Assembly (NCBI GenBank): GCA_910584155.1
Contig: CAJTYG010000007.1
Coordinates: 65,848 to 129,847 of the forward strand
Length of the DNA stretch: 64,000 bases
Source: an uncultured Christensenella sp.
GTDB lineage: Bacteria > Bacillota > Clostridia > Christensenellales > CAG-917
Reading direction: 5' to 3'
The position numbers and the translations under genes are program-made. The notes under the pieces are model-generated. The model was not told where the DNA came from, did no database searches, and worked only from the letters and a program-made list of their open reading frames with translations. Of the stretch, positions 1 through 8,976 are shown piece by piece; position 1 is the stretch's first letter, and every line of letters begins with the position of its first letter.

Positions 1-495
1 GTCTTAAGCGGTATGATAGACAGTCAGACGGCTTCAAATATCATTTCCCGCCTGCTCGAATTCAGCGCAGACGACGAAAGAAAGGAAATTCAGCTTTTCA
101 TAGGCTCGGAGGGCGGCGGCTACCTCGATATGATGGCAATTTACGATACGCTCAAAATGCTGCCAAATCCGCTTGTAGGCGTTTGCGTGGGTATGACAAG
201 CAACTATTCCACGCTTTTGCTTGCGGCATGTACAAAGGGAATGCGCAGTGCGCTAAAGCACAGTACGATTGAATTTGAGCAGCCATACGGCTCATTGGGC
301 ACAGGCGCAAATCAGCAAACCGAAATCGCAATAGCGTCAAAGGAAGCCCGTCTTGAAAGAGAGGTCTTTGAAAAGGCGCTTGCCGAGGTCACTGGACAGC
401 CGCTTGAGAGGATACACGAGGACTGCGAAAAGGGTGTGGAGCTTACGGCGGACGAGGCAAAGGCTTACGGAATCATCGATACCGTGCTCGATTAG
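1..495 (+). CDS. ClpP-family protein, predicted catalytically inactive paralogue (5' end lies outside the window)
   Basis: The frame is open to base 1 (VLSG precedes the first Met). It aligns to the ClpP core: IGSEGGG vs INSPGG, GMTSNYSTLLL vs GMAASMGAFLL, IEFEQP vs MIHQP, EKGVELTADEA vs DRDxxxSAxEA. The triad positions read Asn, Glu and Gly instead of Ser, His and Asp. Confidence 0.75.
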   Translation, partial: VLSGMIDSQTASNIISRLLEFSADDERKEIQLFIGSEGGGYLDMMAIYDTLKMLPNPLVGVCVGMTSNYSTLLLAACTKGMRSALKHSTIEFEQPYGSLGTGANQQTEIAIASKEARLEREVFEKALAEVTGQPLERIHEDCEKGVELTADEAKAYGIIDTVLD

Positions 496-516
496 GAGGA
501 TACTGAGGATAAAATT

Positions 517-1038
517 ATGGAAAAACAAAGGATTATCACTTTAAACGGAAGTGTGGACGAAGCAAGCGCAATGAGCGTCATTCTGCAGCTTTTGCACTAC
601 AACGACGATGACGAAAATAAGGAAATAAGCCTATATATCAATTCGCCCGGCGGCATAATCACATACGGGCTTGCCATTTACGACACTATACAGCACATCA
701 AGGCGCCCGTGTCAACGGTGTGCTGCGGTATGGCGGCGTCTATGGGTGCGTTTTTGCTGTCCTGCGGCGTCAAGGGCAGGCGTTTTGCGCTACCGCACAG
801 CAGGATACTCATTCATCAGCCGCTTATCTATGCGCAGCACGGAATGATAAAATCTCAGAGCGCAATGCAAAAGATGGCGGACAGTATTTTGCAGTCAAGA
901 GAGCAGCTTGAAGAAATACTTGCTAAAAACATAGGCAAGTCGATAGAGCAGATACACGCCGACTGCGAAAGAGACAACTGGATGAGCGCAGACGAGGCAG
1001 TGGCTTACGGCATAATAGACAAAATATCGGGCAGATAA
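517..1038 (+). CDS. ClpP-family serine protease with intact triad and a short N-terminus
   Basis: Motifs INSPGG, GMAASMGAFLL (Ser), LIHQP (His) and ERDNWMSADEA (Asp) are present. GAGGA lies about 6 nt upstream of the ATG. The ORF starts about 25 residues later than canonical ClpP, and an in-frame TAG lies 7 codons upstream. Confidence 0.8.
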   Translation: MEKQRIITLNGSVDEASAMSVILQLLHYNDDDENKEISLYINSPGGIITYGLAIYDTIQHIKAPVSTVCCGMAASMGAFLLSCGVKGRRFALPHSRILIHQPLIYAQHGMIKSQSAMQKMADSILQSREQLEEILAKNIGKSIEQIHADCERDNWMSADEAVAYGIIDKISGR

Positions 1039-1052
1039 ATCGGGATATAAAA

Positions 1053-3884
1053 ATGAAGCGGCAAAACCTAAAGCATAAATTTAAAGTAGTATTTCCAAAG
1101 CTTTGTCTTTGGAGCCTGTTAGCGCTGTTTTTTGCAGTAGCTATTGCGCTTTGCATTGCGTATTTCTGCACGAAGGATACGGGAAATAAGGGCTTGGGAC
1201 TTTCGCTCGGTGTGTTTGCGGGCGCAGCGGCTGTGATTTTGATGTCGATAGCTACGCTTGCGGCTTATTTTGGGGCGAGGAAAAAGGGCGCTCATAAAAA
1301 GTATTCCGTTGAAGTCTGGACGGTAGCAGGTATTTTTTTGGTCTGTGTATTGATAAAATTTGTCGCAGGACTTGTGCTTTATTTGCAGGGCAATCCCGAA
1401 TTTACAGATAAGGATAACTCCGTCCACGAGGGATTTATGATAATATTTTCCTCATTTTACGAGGGTGTGGGCAAGCTCGCATACGAGGGTATTACGCCGC
1501 TACAACACATCTGGGCAAGCATTGCGTACTATGGCGCTTCGCTGTATGCAGGTCTTATGTATCTTATCATCATATCCGCAAAGGCGAGCTACGAGGGCTA
1601 TTCGTATATGCGGATGTGCTTTAAAGGCTACACAAAAAACAATATCTACGTCTTTACGGCGCTTATCGATGAAACGCTCGAGCTTGCTAAGTCTGTAAAA
1701 AGCACGTACGGCAAAAAGGCGACTATAGTCTTTGCGGGCAGTGCGCTGCAGCCCTTTGACAGGCACGACGAGCTGTGCAGAGAGGCTATGGCAAACGGCT
1801 TTTTGTATTGGTCGTATTCGGATAAAAACAGATCGATTGCAGATATACTGCATTTGGACAACCGCAATCTGAACGACTATACAAAGAGCTACACAGTCTT
1901 CGCCTTCGAAGCAAACGAGCATATCCCCGAAGAGGAAAACAATATGGACGCCGTATTTTCGGATATAGAAAGGCGTATTGCTCAGGGCGACGATGGACTG
2001 CGCATAGAGTATTATATCCTCACAAAGCGCAATATAAATTATCAGGCATACGAAAGCAAAAAGAAAGAGCTTATAAAGTCTTTTAAAGCTTCGGACGACA
2101 GTTTAAAAGACTTGAGCGATAAGCAAATCAAAAAGGAATTCAGCAAGCGATTTGTGCTCGAGATATGGAACGAGGCAAAAACCGTTGCCGAGCGTGCCGT
2201 GTCCGACGTGCTTGAAGCAGGTCTCAGACAGCAGCTTGCAGAAAACGGCGCAAGGAAAGTGTCCGTATGGTCGCTTGGCTTCGGCGGCACGGCGGAAGCT
2301 ATTGCAAACACGCTGTTTGTGCAGACGGCAAATATCGACAAAAACGGATATAGCCGAGCCTACACCGTTGACGTCTTTGACAAGCTGATAAGCGGCGCAG
2401 ACAATGCGGCGCAGGCGAGCTTGGACGGAATATTCAGATTTTCTCATCCAGACTATATTTTTGCAAATAGTGACGACGAAATCAAAGCGGAATACGAAAG
2501 ACGTGCGGTTGAAAACGTCGATAAGATTTTGAACTGTAATTTTGATTTGCCTGCAATGTTGGAAGACTGCATTCAAAGCAAGGTTGATGCGTGTGATGAG
2601 GCAAAAGAGGAAGCTAAAAGAATAGAAAATCAGTTAAAAGCTGCCGAACGCTACCGTGATATGATAGAGGCATTTTTTGCGGATATTTATAAAAACCAGC
2701 TTGAAAGCATAGTTAAAGACGCCGTTTCGGATAGGTTAAACGGCAATTCCGTAAAAGTTGATGACAAGTGGATAGATGATGTTTTAAATAAATTGCAGCA
2801 GTTATCCAAAGATATGCTAAATAAAAAATCAGTCATCAATGATGAAAAATTTTTAAAGCTCGTTGCAGATGAGCTTGCAAAATTGCCTGCCGACAAAGCG
2901 TTTATCGAAGAGGTAATAAGCGAATATATTTTGAGTGTTGCGGAGCTGAATTTCCCGCACCCCATATTCCGATTTAACGCTTATGACTGTCTGTCGAGAG
3001 GCTTTTACGAAAGATTTGCGGAGGTGACGGACAAGCCGTCCAATAGGCTTGATAACGTCAAATTCGATACGCCAGACGTTATTGTGATTGCGACGGGCGA
3101 CGACTATCAAAACGTCCGCATTGCAAATACTCTGCTTCAATATGCCGTCAATCATAAAAAGGACGGCAGCCGTCAATATATCGTCATAAATATTTTCAAC
3201 AGGCAGAACAACGATTTGATAGGAACTTTCGGCGGGAAGTGGGAAGAGAATAAACTGTCTGTTATGATAGGCAGCGGCTCCGTTGACCTTATCATAGTCG
3301 GCAACTATGAGGACACATACAACTACGAGGGCTTGACGGACTTAAAAACTGCGGCAAGCTGGCAAAACTATATATACAATAAAAGCAACGACCATATAAC
3401 TCACGATCCCAATACCGTAAACAGATTTTTGTTTGCTTCGGGCAGGGGCTGCGATGGAAAGATGTTTATGGACGACATTATGGCATTCGCAGGCAACGCC
3501 AAAAGAATGACGTTAAAATCGCAGCCTAAAGACGCAGGGCAGGAGCTTGCGGACAGTCTTGCGGATTATTATGCGCTCGATTTGTGGAAGAAGGAATCTA
3601 ATAAGAGCGTTGTCGCCTTTAAGAAAATGTATATGGCGTTTTATGAGGTCGCTTTAAGAGACACGGTTGAGTATGCAAAACGGGTTTTTGCAGTCGAGCA
3701 CGACAGGTGGACAAGGCTGTATATTTCGGACGGCTGGGTTTATCGCAGCATAAAGAATGAGGACAACAAGCAGCATGCGTGCTTAAAGGACGTCAGACAT
3801 ATTGAACTTACGACGCTCATCTACGACTTTTTGAACGCAATATGGGCGGTGTCTGAAATAATCGATACGGATAAAAAACTATGA
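1053..3884 (+). CDS. Large membrane protein: N-terminal TM helices, two Rossmann/TrkA-N-like modules, a coiled-coil region, and a C-terminal RyR-like motif
   Basis: 943-aa ORF starting 14 nt after the preceding gene. Hydrophobic helices fall in the first ~190 aa. Rossmann-like stretches include VSVWSLGFGGTAEAIANTL and DVIVIATGDDYQNVRIANTLL. The middle is rich in K/E/A heptad-like sequence. The C-terminus AVEHDRWTRLYISDGWVY...K.H resembles the RyR-domain signature. Confidence 0.6.
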   Translation: MKRQNLKHKFKVVFPKLCLWSLLALFFAVAIALCIAYFCTKDTGNKGLGLSLGVFAGAAAVILMSIATLAAYFGARKKGAHKKYSVEVWTVAGIFLVCVLIKFVAGLVLYLQGNPEFTDKDNSVHEGFMIIFSSFYEGVGKLAYEGITPLQHIWASIAYYGASLYAGLMYLIIISAKASYEGYSYMRMCFKGYTKNNIYVFTALIDETLELAKSVKSTYGKKATIVFAGSALQPFDRHDELCREAMANGFLYWSYSDKNRSIADILHLDNRNLNDYTKSYTVFAFEANEHIPEEENNMDAVFSDIERRIAQGDDGLRIEYYILTKRNINYQAYESKKKELIKSFKASDDSLKDLSDKQIKKEFSKRFVLEIWNEAKTVAERAVSDVLEAGLRQQLAENGARKVSVWSLGFGGTAEAIANTLFVQTANIDKNGYSRAYTVDVFDKLISGADNAAQASLDGIFRFSHPDYIFANSDDEIKAEYERRAVENVDKILNCNFDLPAMLEDCIQSKVDACDEAKEEAKRIENQLKAAERYRDMIEAFFADIYKNQLESIVKDAVSDRLNGNSVKVDDKWIDDVLNKLQQLSKDMLNKKSVINDEKFLKLVADELAKLPADKAFIEEVISEYILSVAELNFPHPIFRFNAYDCLSRGFYERFAEVTDKPSNRLDNVKFDTPDVIVIATGDDYQNVRIANTLLQYAVNHKKDGSRQYIVINIFNRQNNDLIGTFGGKWEENKLSVMIGSGSVDLIIVGNYEDTYNYEGLTDLKTAASWQNYIYNKSNDHITHDPNTVNRFLFASGRGCDGKMFMDDIMAFAGNAKRMTLKSQPKDAGQELADSLADYYALDLWKKESNKSVVAFKKMYMAFYEVALRDTVEYAKRVFAVEHDRWTRLYISDGWVYRSIKNEDNKQHACLKDVRHIELTTLIYDFLNAIWAVSEIIDTDKKL

Positions 3885-4747
3885 GTGGAAATTTGCTGTT
3901 TAAGCTATATGAGCTTTTAAATGAAAACAAATACGTCACTTTTAAAGGCGTAATGAAAAGCGGTTTTGACGGCAAGACCGCATTTGAGCTTATGCAAATG
4001 CTCGTATCCTGCGGCGCATTGGTTGAAACGGCAGACAGGGGCGTGCTTGAGGTCAAATACGGCGAGCTCAACGCATTTATGCACTCAAAAAATCTTTGGA
4101 TAGAGGACAGCGAAGATTATCTTGAGCTTAAAAAGCGTGCCGACACGCTGTCGCTCACGCAGGTTTTTTGGCTGAAAGAGGCGATAAAAAACGACGGCGT
4201 TTTTCAACTTGACGGGGATATTTCCGACGATAAGCTACTTGTTCTTGAAAAATCTGTCGAGCAGGGCATATTCAGTAAAACGAGCGAGAAAACATTTTTG
4301 TGCAATATTCCTTTGTTTGCGGTGCGCAAATTGGTCTGTTTTGCCGACGAAAAGCTTTGCAGGTTTTTGACCTATATCTTTGCAAGCGTGAGGGAAGTGA
4401 TCAGGTTTAAGGAAGATAAGGACAAACGCAAGGCGTTTTTCAGAGAAAACTGTGAGTTTTACGGAATATTCCCCGACTTGGATTTAGATTATCTCGATTA
4501 CAAAGAGGAAGACGTAGCGCATTTGGACTGGGGCGACAGGCACCTGTTTGACGATCTTATAGAGGGCGTGACGTACTCTGTTTCGGCACGCAATTTTGCA
4601 AAGCTGGATCTTAATAAGGTTTATAGATATCCCGACGACGAAAACGGCGCAACGGAAATGACCGACGTTATGCTTGGCGAGGTATTGGAAAAAATGTTGC
4701 GTATAGCCGCCGCTATAAAAGCGGACGATATCGGAAACAAGGAGTAA
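3881..4747 (+). CDS. Hypothetical protein with tandem winged-helix-like N-terminal repeats (paralogue of the next gene)
   Basis: ATGA overlap with the upstream ORF. The N-terminus KLYELLNENKYVTFKGVMKSGFDGKTAFELMQMLVSCGALVE aligns with the N-terminus of the 4750-5958 product. Confidence 0.55.
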   Translation: MSGNLLFKLYELLNENKYVTFKGVMKSGFDGKTAFELMQMLVSCGALVETADRGVLEVKYGELNAFMHSKNLWIEDSEDYLELKKRADTLSLTQVFWLKEAIKNDGVFQLDGDISDDKLLVLEKSVEQGIFSKTSEKTFLCNIPLFAVRKLVCFADEKLCRFLTYIFASVREVIRFKEDKDKRKAFFRENCEFYGIFPDLDLDYLDYKEEDVAHLDWGDRHLFDDLIEGVTYSVSARNFAKLDLNKVYRYPDDENGATEMTDVMLGEVLEKMLRIAAAIKADDIGNKE

Positions 4748-4749
4748 AC

Positions 4750-5958
4750 GTGGAAAAACAACTGAAAGCATATGCCATACTATTGGACGAAAAAAGTGTG
4801 TCGTTGAAAAGCCTTGTAAAGGGCGGATACGATATGAAATTCGCTTTTGAGTTTATTAAAAAGCTGCTTGCGCTCGGATTTGTCAAGGACAGCGGCGACG
4901 GCAATTTTTTGCTTTGCGTACCCGAGCAGGAGGTCAGAAAAATAATGCGAGCGGAAAAATGCGAATACAAAGATTTTTCCGATGACGAGCTAAAAAGAAT
5001 CGCCGACGACATCGACCTTAGCGCAATTCTCGTTTTGGCGCATATCAGTCAAAGCGAAACGGGATATAGCCTGATTGAGCTTTGCGAGGCGTTTAAAGGT
5101 GACTTTACAAGGCATTTGGAAGTTTTGCGAGGCGAGGGCTTGATATCTTATGACGAGGGCAGTTATATAGGCAAAATAAGCCCCGAAAACCTTTTGAAGC
5201 TTATACTTATGGCGTTGGACATTTTGAGCTTCGAGCTTGCAATGATAAATAAAGACCGCTGCGACTTCGATACTCCTGCGCTCAAGAAAAAGCGCATAGA
5301 TGAAATAAACAATCTTACCGCACAGCTATTAAGAAAGGGAGAGCTTATCAGAAATGCTATCGCTATGGGCGAGCTTGTTGCTGATGGCGACTTAGAGTAT
5401 GATTTCGGCTACGAGGACGATGACGACACATATTTATACGACGATGATGACAGCGACGAGGAAGATGAAAAAGGCGGGGAAGATGATTGTTTTGGATATC
5501 ATAAAATAGCGGACGGTCTTTATGAGAAGGACGGAAAGCTTTACGATGAATTTTTCTTCCCTGTTGATGATTACAGCGAGGATAACGACGACAGCGAAAC
5601 TACCGACAGCGAAACTACCGACAGCGAAACTACCGACGGCGAAGCCGCCGACGGCAAAAACGCAGATGACGGCGAGAATGATAGCGGCGACGGCGAAAAC
5701 GAGGCTGAAAGTGAAGATAAAGTCAGAGCCGATATGATAAGCTTCCTTAAGCAGTTCAATGTCGATGACGCCGAAGCACTGTATGACCAGATGTTTGAAC
5801 AGTTTGACGGCTTGGATGATATTGATGATTTCGACGGCTTGGATGAAATCGATGATGAAGATATTGACGTCGATGACGATTTTTTCGATGATATCGATGA
5901 TACCGATGATATCGATGATATCGACGATATAGACAGCGACGGTGACGGGGACGAATAA
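4750..5958 (+). CDS. Hypothetical winged-helix-like protein with an extremely acidic, repeat-containing C-terminal half
   Basis: GTG start 6 nt after AAGGAG and 2 nt after the upstream stop. The N-terminus is paralogous to the 3881-4747 product. The last ~200 aa are dominated by D/E, including SETTD x3 and DDIDD-type repeats. Confidence 0.6.
   Translation: MEKQLKAYAILLDEKSVSLKSLVKGGYDMKFAFEFIKKLLALGFVKDSGDGNFLLCVPEQEVRKIMRAEKCEYKDFSDDELKRIADDIDLSAILVLAHISQSETGYSLIELCEAFKGDFTRHLEVLRGEGLISYDEGSYIGKISPENLLKLILMALDILSFELAMINKDRCDFDTPALKKKRIDEINNLTAQLLRKGELIRNAIAMGELVADGDLEYDFGYEDDDDTYLYDDDDSDEEDEKGGEDDCFGYHKIADGLYEKDGKLYDEFFFPVDDYSEDNDDSETTDSETTDSETTDGEAADGKNADDGENDSGDGENEAESEDKVRADMISFLKQFNVDDAEALYDQMFEQFDGLDDIDDFDGLDEIDDEDIDVDDDFFDDIDDTDDIDDIDDIDSDGDGDE
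5593..5637 (+). repeat. Three perfect tandem copies of a 15-bp unit (agcgaaactaccgac) encoding SETTD
   Basis: Read directly from the sequence: units at 5593-5607, 5608-5622 and 5623-5637. Confidence 0.95.
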
Positions 5959-5989
5959 ATCAGCCTCGGCGCTTTGCTTTGAGGCTGAT
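5959..5989 (+). terminator. Hairpin after the acidic-protein gene (ATCAGCCTC / GAGGCTGAT)
   Basis: 9-bp perfect inverted repeat with a 13-nt loop, directly after the stop codon. The U-tract is weak. Confidence 0.45.
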
Positions 5990-6131
5990 ATGCCTTGATT
6001 TAGGCTTGGATTTTAAAGTTTTTTTGCAAATTAGCGGATATTTTAAAATTTTTAAAAATTTTTTCCGTTTTATTTAGGAAATCGGGATATAAATTTAGTA
6101 TATATAAATAGTAACTTAATTGGGATAAGAA

Positions 6132-7919
6132 ATGAGCCAAGGTTTTACACCCGAATTTTTGGATGAATTGAAGTACAAATGCGATATCGTGGAAATCATA
6201 TCGCAGTATGTTCCATTGCAAAAAAACGGAAGCAGATATAAGGGCTGCTGTCCCTTTCATAAGGAAAAAACCGCCTCGTTTTGCGTTATGCCCAACGACG
6301 GATATTATCACTGCTTTGGCTGCGGAGTAAGCGGCGACGTGATAAAATTTGTTATGGAAATGGAATCGATGAGTTTCTTCGATACCGTGCGGTATCTCGC
6401 CGACAAGGTGGGAATGCAAATGCCAGAAATGAAGCTTGATCCGCAGTTTAAAGAGAAAAAGGAGCGCAGCGAGGTCTTAAAACAGCTTATGAGGGATGCG
6501 GCGGTGTACTATCGCAACAACCTTATCGACCCCGTTAAGGGCAAGGCTGCAAGAGAGTATCTCGAAAAGCGAGGCATAGGCGAGGAAACCTCAAAGAGAT
6601 ACGGACTTGGGCTTTCGCTTGACTACGACAGCCTTGTGGGCTATTTGAGGCGAAAGGAATATAAGCTGAAGGATCTTTTCGATTGCGGGCTTATCGCCAA
6701 CGTGGACAAGCCGTCCGACGCATTTGCAAACCGTATAATCGTGCCTATAATAAACTCCAAAAGCGAAGTGGTGGCATTTGGCGGGCGCATATATCACGGT
6801 GAGGAAAATATAGCAAAATACAAAAACTCCACAAACACGCAGTTGTTTGACAAGGGTAGGACGATATACGGCGTAAACTTTTTAAAGCGTGACAGACACG
6901 CAGGCGCAGTTATCCACGACATAATTTTGGTAGAGGGCTATATGGACGTCATATCTCTCGGGGCGGCGGGCGTGCGAAACGCCGTTGCGGGAATGGGCAC
7001 TGCGCTCACCGAGGGGCAGGCGCACGAGCTGAAGCGTCTTGCACCAAAGGTATATGTCTGCTACGACGGCGACGGCGCAGGCAAAAAGGCGACGCTACGC
7101 AATGTGGATATACTTTTAAACAGCGGGCTCGAGGTGCGTGTAGTATCTCTTGACGACGGAAAGGATCCCGACGAAACCGTGCGTATGGACGGAGTAGACG
7201 GGTTTGTAAAAAAGCTTGAGGAAGCCGTGCCCGTCACAGATTATAAGCTGAAGCTTTGCGAGGACGCTTGCGATATGTCCACATACGACGGGCGTACAAA
7301 ATACGTAAAATCAGCCTTGACGGTGCTTGCGGCGCTTAAGGATAGCTCCGAGCGTGAGGTGTATCTTGAGCTTATATCCTTAAAGAGCGGCGTGTCAATG
7401 GGCAAGCTGAGAGAGATGGCGGGTGCTGACGGAGCACAAAAGCAGGAACCCGTATCGCAGGAAAAAATAGCGAGGGGGCTTGCTGCGTCACGCTTTGTGT
7501 TAAGCTGCATAATGCAGAACAAAAAGTTTGTCAACATCGACGATATCGACGACGATTGGATATTGCACCCCGTGCATAAGGAAGTCGTCGCTTATGCGAG
7601 AGGCTTGCAGGGCGAGGCGTTCAACGTAGGCAAAATGTACAGCGCAGTTGCGGACGACGGCGAGATAAACGCTGTGATTGACCTGCAGGCGGAGTTTGAA
7701 AAGCAGATATTTGCAAAAAAAATCAAAGAGGAAGAATACTTTTACGACTGCTTGGTCACGCTTGCAAACGAAAGCATTTTAAACAGATTGGATACGCTAA
7801 AGACGCTGTACAACACGTCGGGCAACGCCGACGAAAAGCGCAAAGCCGTTGCAGAGATAAACGTGCTGCAAAAAAAATTGAAATCTAAATCCTTAGCGGA
7901 TAAACACTTAGCTACTTAG
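6132..7919 (+). CDS. dnaG: DNA primase
   Basis: CHC2 zinc finger ([14 protein letters not shown]...YHCFGCG). TOPRIM region ([22 protein letters not shown]). Position directly upstream of sigA. Confidence 0.95.
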   Translation: MSQGFTPEFLDELKYKCDIVEIISQYVPLQKNGSRYKGCCPFHKEKTASFCVMPNDGYYHCFGCGVSGDVIKFVMEMESMSFFDTVRYLADKVGMQMPEMKLDPQFKEKKERSEVLKQLMRDAAVYYRNNLIDPVKGKAAREYLEKRGIGEETSKRYGLGLSLDYDSLVGYLRRKEYKLKDLFDCGLIANVDKPSDAFANRIIVPIINSKSEVVAFGGRIYHGEENIAKYKNSTNTQLFDKGRTIYGVNFLKRDRHAGAVIHDIILVEGYMDVISLGAAGVRNAVAGMGTALTEGQAHELKRLAPKVYVCYDGDGAGKKATLRNVDILLNSGLEVRVVSLDDGKDPDETVRMDGVDGFVKKLEEAVPVTDYKLKLCEDACDMSTYDGRTKYVKSALTVLAALKDSSEREVYLELISLKSGVSMGKLREMAGADGAQKQEPVSQEKIARGLAASRFVLSCIMQNKKFVNIDDIDDDWILHPVHKEVVAYARGLQGEAFNVGKMYSAVADDGEINAVIDLQAEFEKQIFAKKIKEEEYFYDCLVTLANESILNRLDTLKTLYNTSGNADEKRKAVAEINVLQKKLKSKSLADKHLAT

Positions 7920-7929
7920 GAGGAGCATT

Positions 7930-8976
7930 GTGGACAGAGAACAACTATTAAAGCTGGAAATTGACAAGATCATCGCCATCGGCAAGGAAAAGGGTAGAGT
8001 TGCCGAGGACGAGATAATGGCAAAGCTTGAGCATTTAAACGCCACCGCCGAAGATATGGAGACGGTGTTCAATGCGTTGCAGGCTGAAAATATCAAGGTG
8101 GAGGAAGCACCCGAGGAGGATACGACAGACATCGACAAGATGATAGACAGCTCCGTGGACGACTCGGTGAAAATCTATCTTAAAGAGATAGGCAAGGTGC
8201 CGCTTTTGAGCGCCGAGCAGGAAATCGAGCTTGCAAAGCGTATGGAAAACGGCGACGAGGAAGCAAAGCGTACTTTGAGCGAAGCAAACCTGCGCCTTGT
8301 CGTTTCCATTGCAAAGCGATATGTGGGAAGGGGAATGCAGTTTCTCGACCTCATACAGGAAGGTAACCTCGGACTTATGAAAGCGGTGGAGAAATTTGAT
8401 TATACAAAGGGCTTCAAGTTTTCCACATATGCGACGTGGTGGATAAGACAGGCTATCACAAGAGCTATCGCCGATCAGGCAAGGACTATCCGTATTCCTG
8501 TCCATATGGTGGAAACCATAAACAAGCAGGTGCGTGCGACAAGACAGCTTCTTCAAAGATTGGGCAGAGAGCCGTCGCCCGAGGAAATCGCAGAGTATCT
8601 CGGCTGCTCGGAAGAGCGTGTGCGTGAGATACAAAAGATTGCGCAGGACCCCGTTTCGCTTGAAACGCCTATCGGCGAGGAAGAGGACAGTCACCTCGGC
8701 GACTTTATCGAGGACGGCACTGCGCCGTCTCCGAGCGACGTTGCAGAGAGCAATATGCTCAAAGAACAGCTCATACAGGTGCTCAATACTCTCACGCCAC
8801 GTGAGGAAAAGGTGCTGCGCCTGCGTTACGGTCTTGACGACAGCCATCCCCGCACCCTCGAGGAAGTCGGCAAGGAATTTAACGTCACCCGTGAGCGTAT
8901 CCGTCAGATAGAGGCAAAGGCGCTGAGAAAGCTCCGTCACCCCAACAGGCTCAAAAAGCTTAAGGATTTTGACTGA
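7930..8976 (+). CDS. sigA: Primary RNA polymerase sigma factor (sigma-70 family)
   Basis: Region 2 ([41 protein letters not shown]), region 3 and region 4 ([30 protein letters not shown]) are all recognisable. GTG start. Confidence 0.95.
   Translation: MDREQLLKLEIDKIIAIGKEKGRVAEDEIMAKLEHLNATAEDMETVFNALQAENIKVEEAPEEDTTDIDKMIDSSVDDSVKIYLKEIGKVPLLSAEQEIELAKRMENGDEEAKRTLSEANLRLVVSIAKRYVGRGMQFLDLIQEGNLGLMKAVEKFDYTKGFKFSTYATWWIRQAITRAIADQARTIRIPVHMVETINKQVRATRQLLQRLGREPSPEEIAEYLGCSEERVREIQKIAQDPVSLETPIGEEEDSHLGDFIEDGTAPSPSDVAESNMLKEQLIQVLNTLTPREEKVLRLRYGLDDSHPRTLEEVGKEFNVTRERIRQIEAKALRKLRHPNRLKKLKDFD

Noticed and set aside
493-495. Possible amber-codon reassignment or readthrough. The TAG between the two ClpP paralogues is in frame with the second gene. 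The prmA TAG (23313-23315) is in frame with rsmE. The Zn-ribbon/LRR TAG is also in frame.
   Set aside because: TAG also ends dnaG, comEC, the NERD gene, the FAD oxidoreductase and the 42442 gene, where readthrough would quickly hit other stops or make no sense. About 8 of roughly 60 genes end in TAG, which is an ordinary proportion. The ClpP and rsmE downstream genes have their own RBS and ATG. Only the LRR case is kept as a finding.
6000-6419. 139-aa minus-strand ORF spanning the dnaG promoter region and the dnaG 5' end.
   Set aside because: It overlaps the well-supported dnaG zinc-finger coding region in antisense, and the remainder is AT-rich intergenic DNA. It has no RBS or motifs.
8035-8940. 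Long antisense or alternative-frame ORFs in the track. Examples: 8035-8940(-) opposite sigA, 11362-12309(-) opposite lacZ, 23295-24122(-) opposite rsmE, 37343-38200(-), 47824-48609(-), 48953-49702(-), 16609-17328(-), 18022-18735(-), 57777-58598(+) and 40812-41462(-).
   Set aside because: Each overlaps a gene with strong family motifs on the other strand or frame. Their translations are Arg/Cys/His-rich low-complexity sequence with no recognisable domains or RBS. This is typical of shadow ORFs in moderately GC-rich coding DNA.
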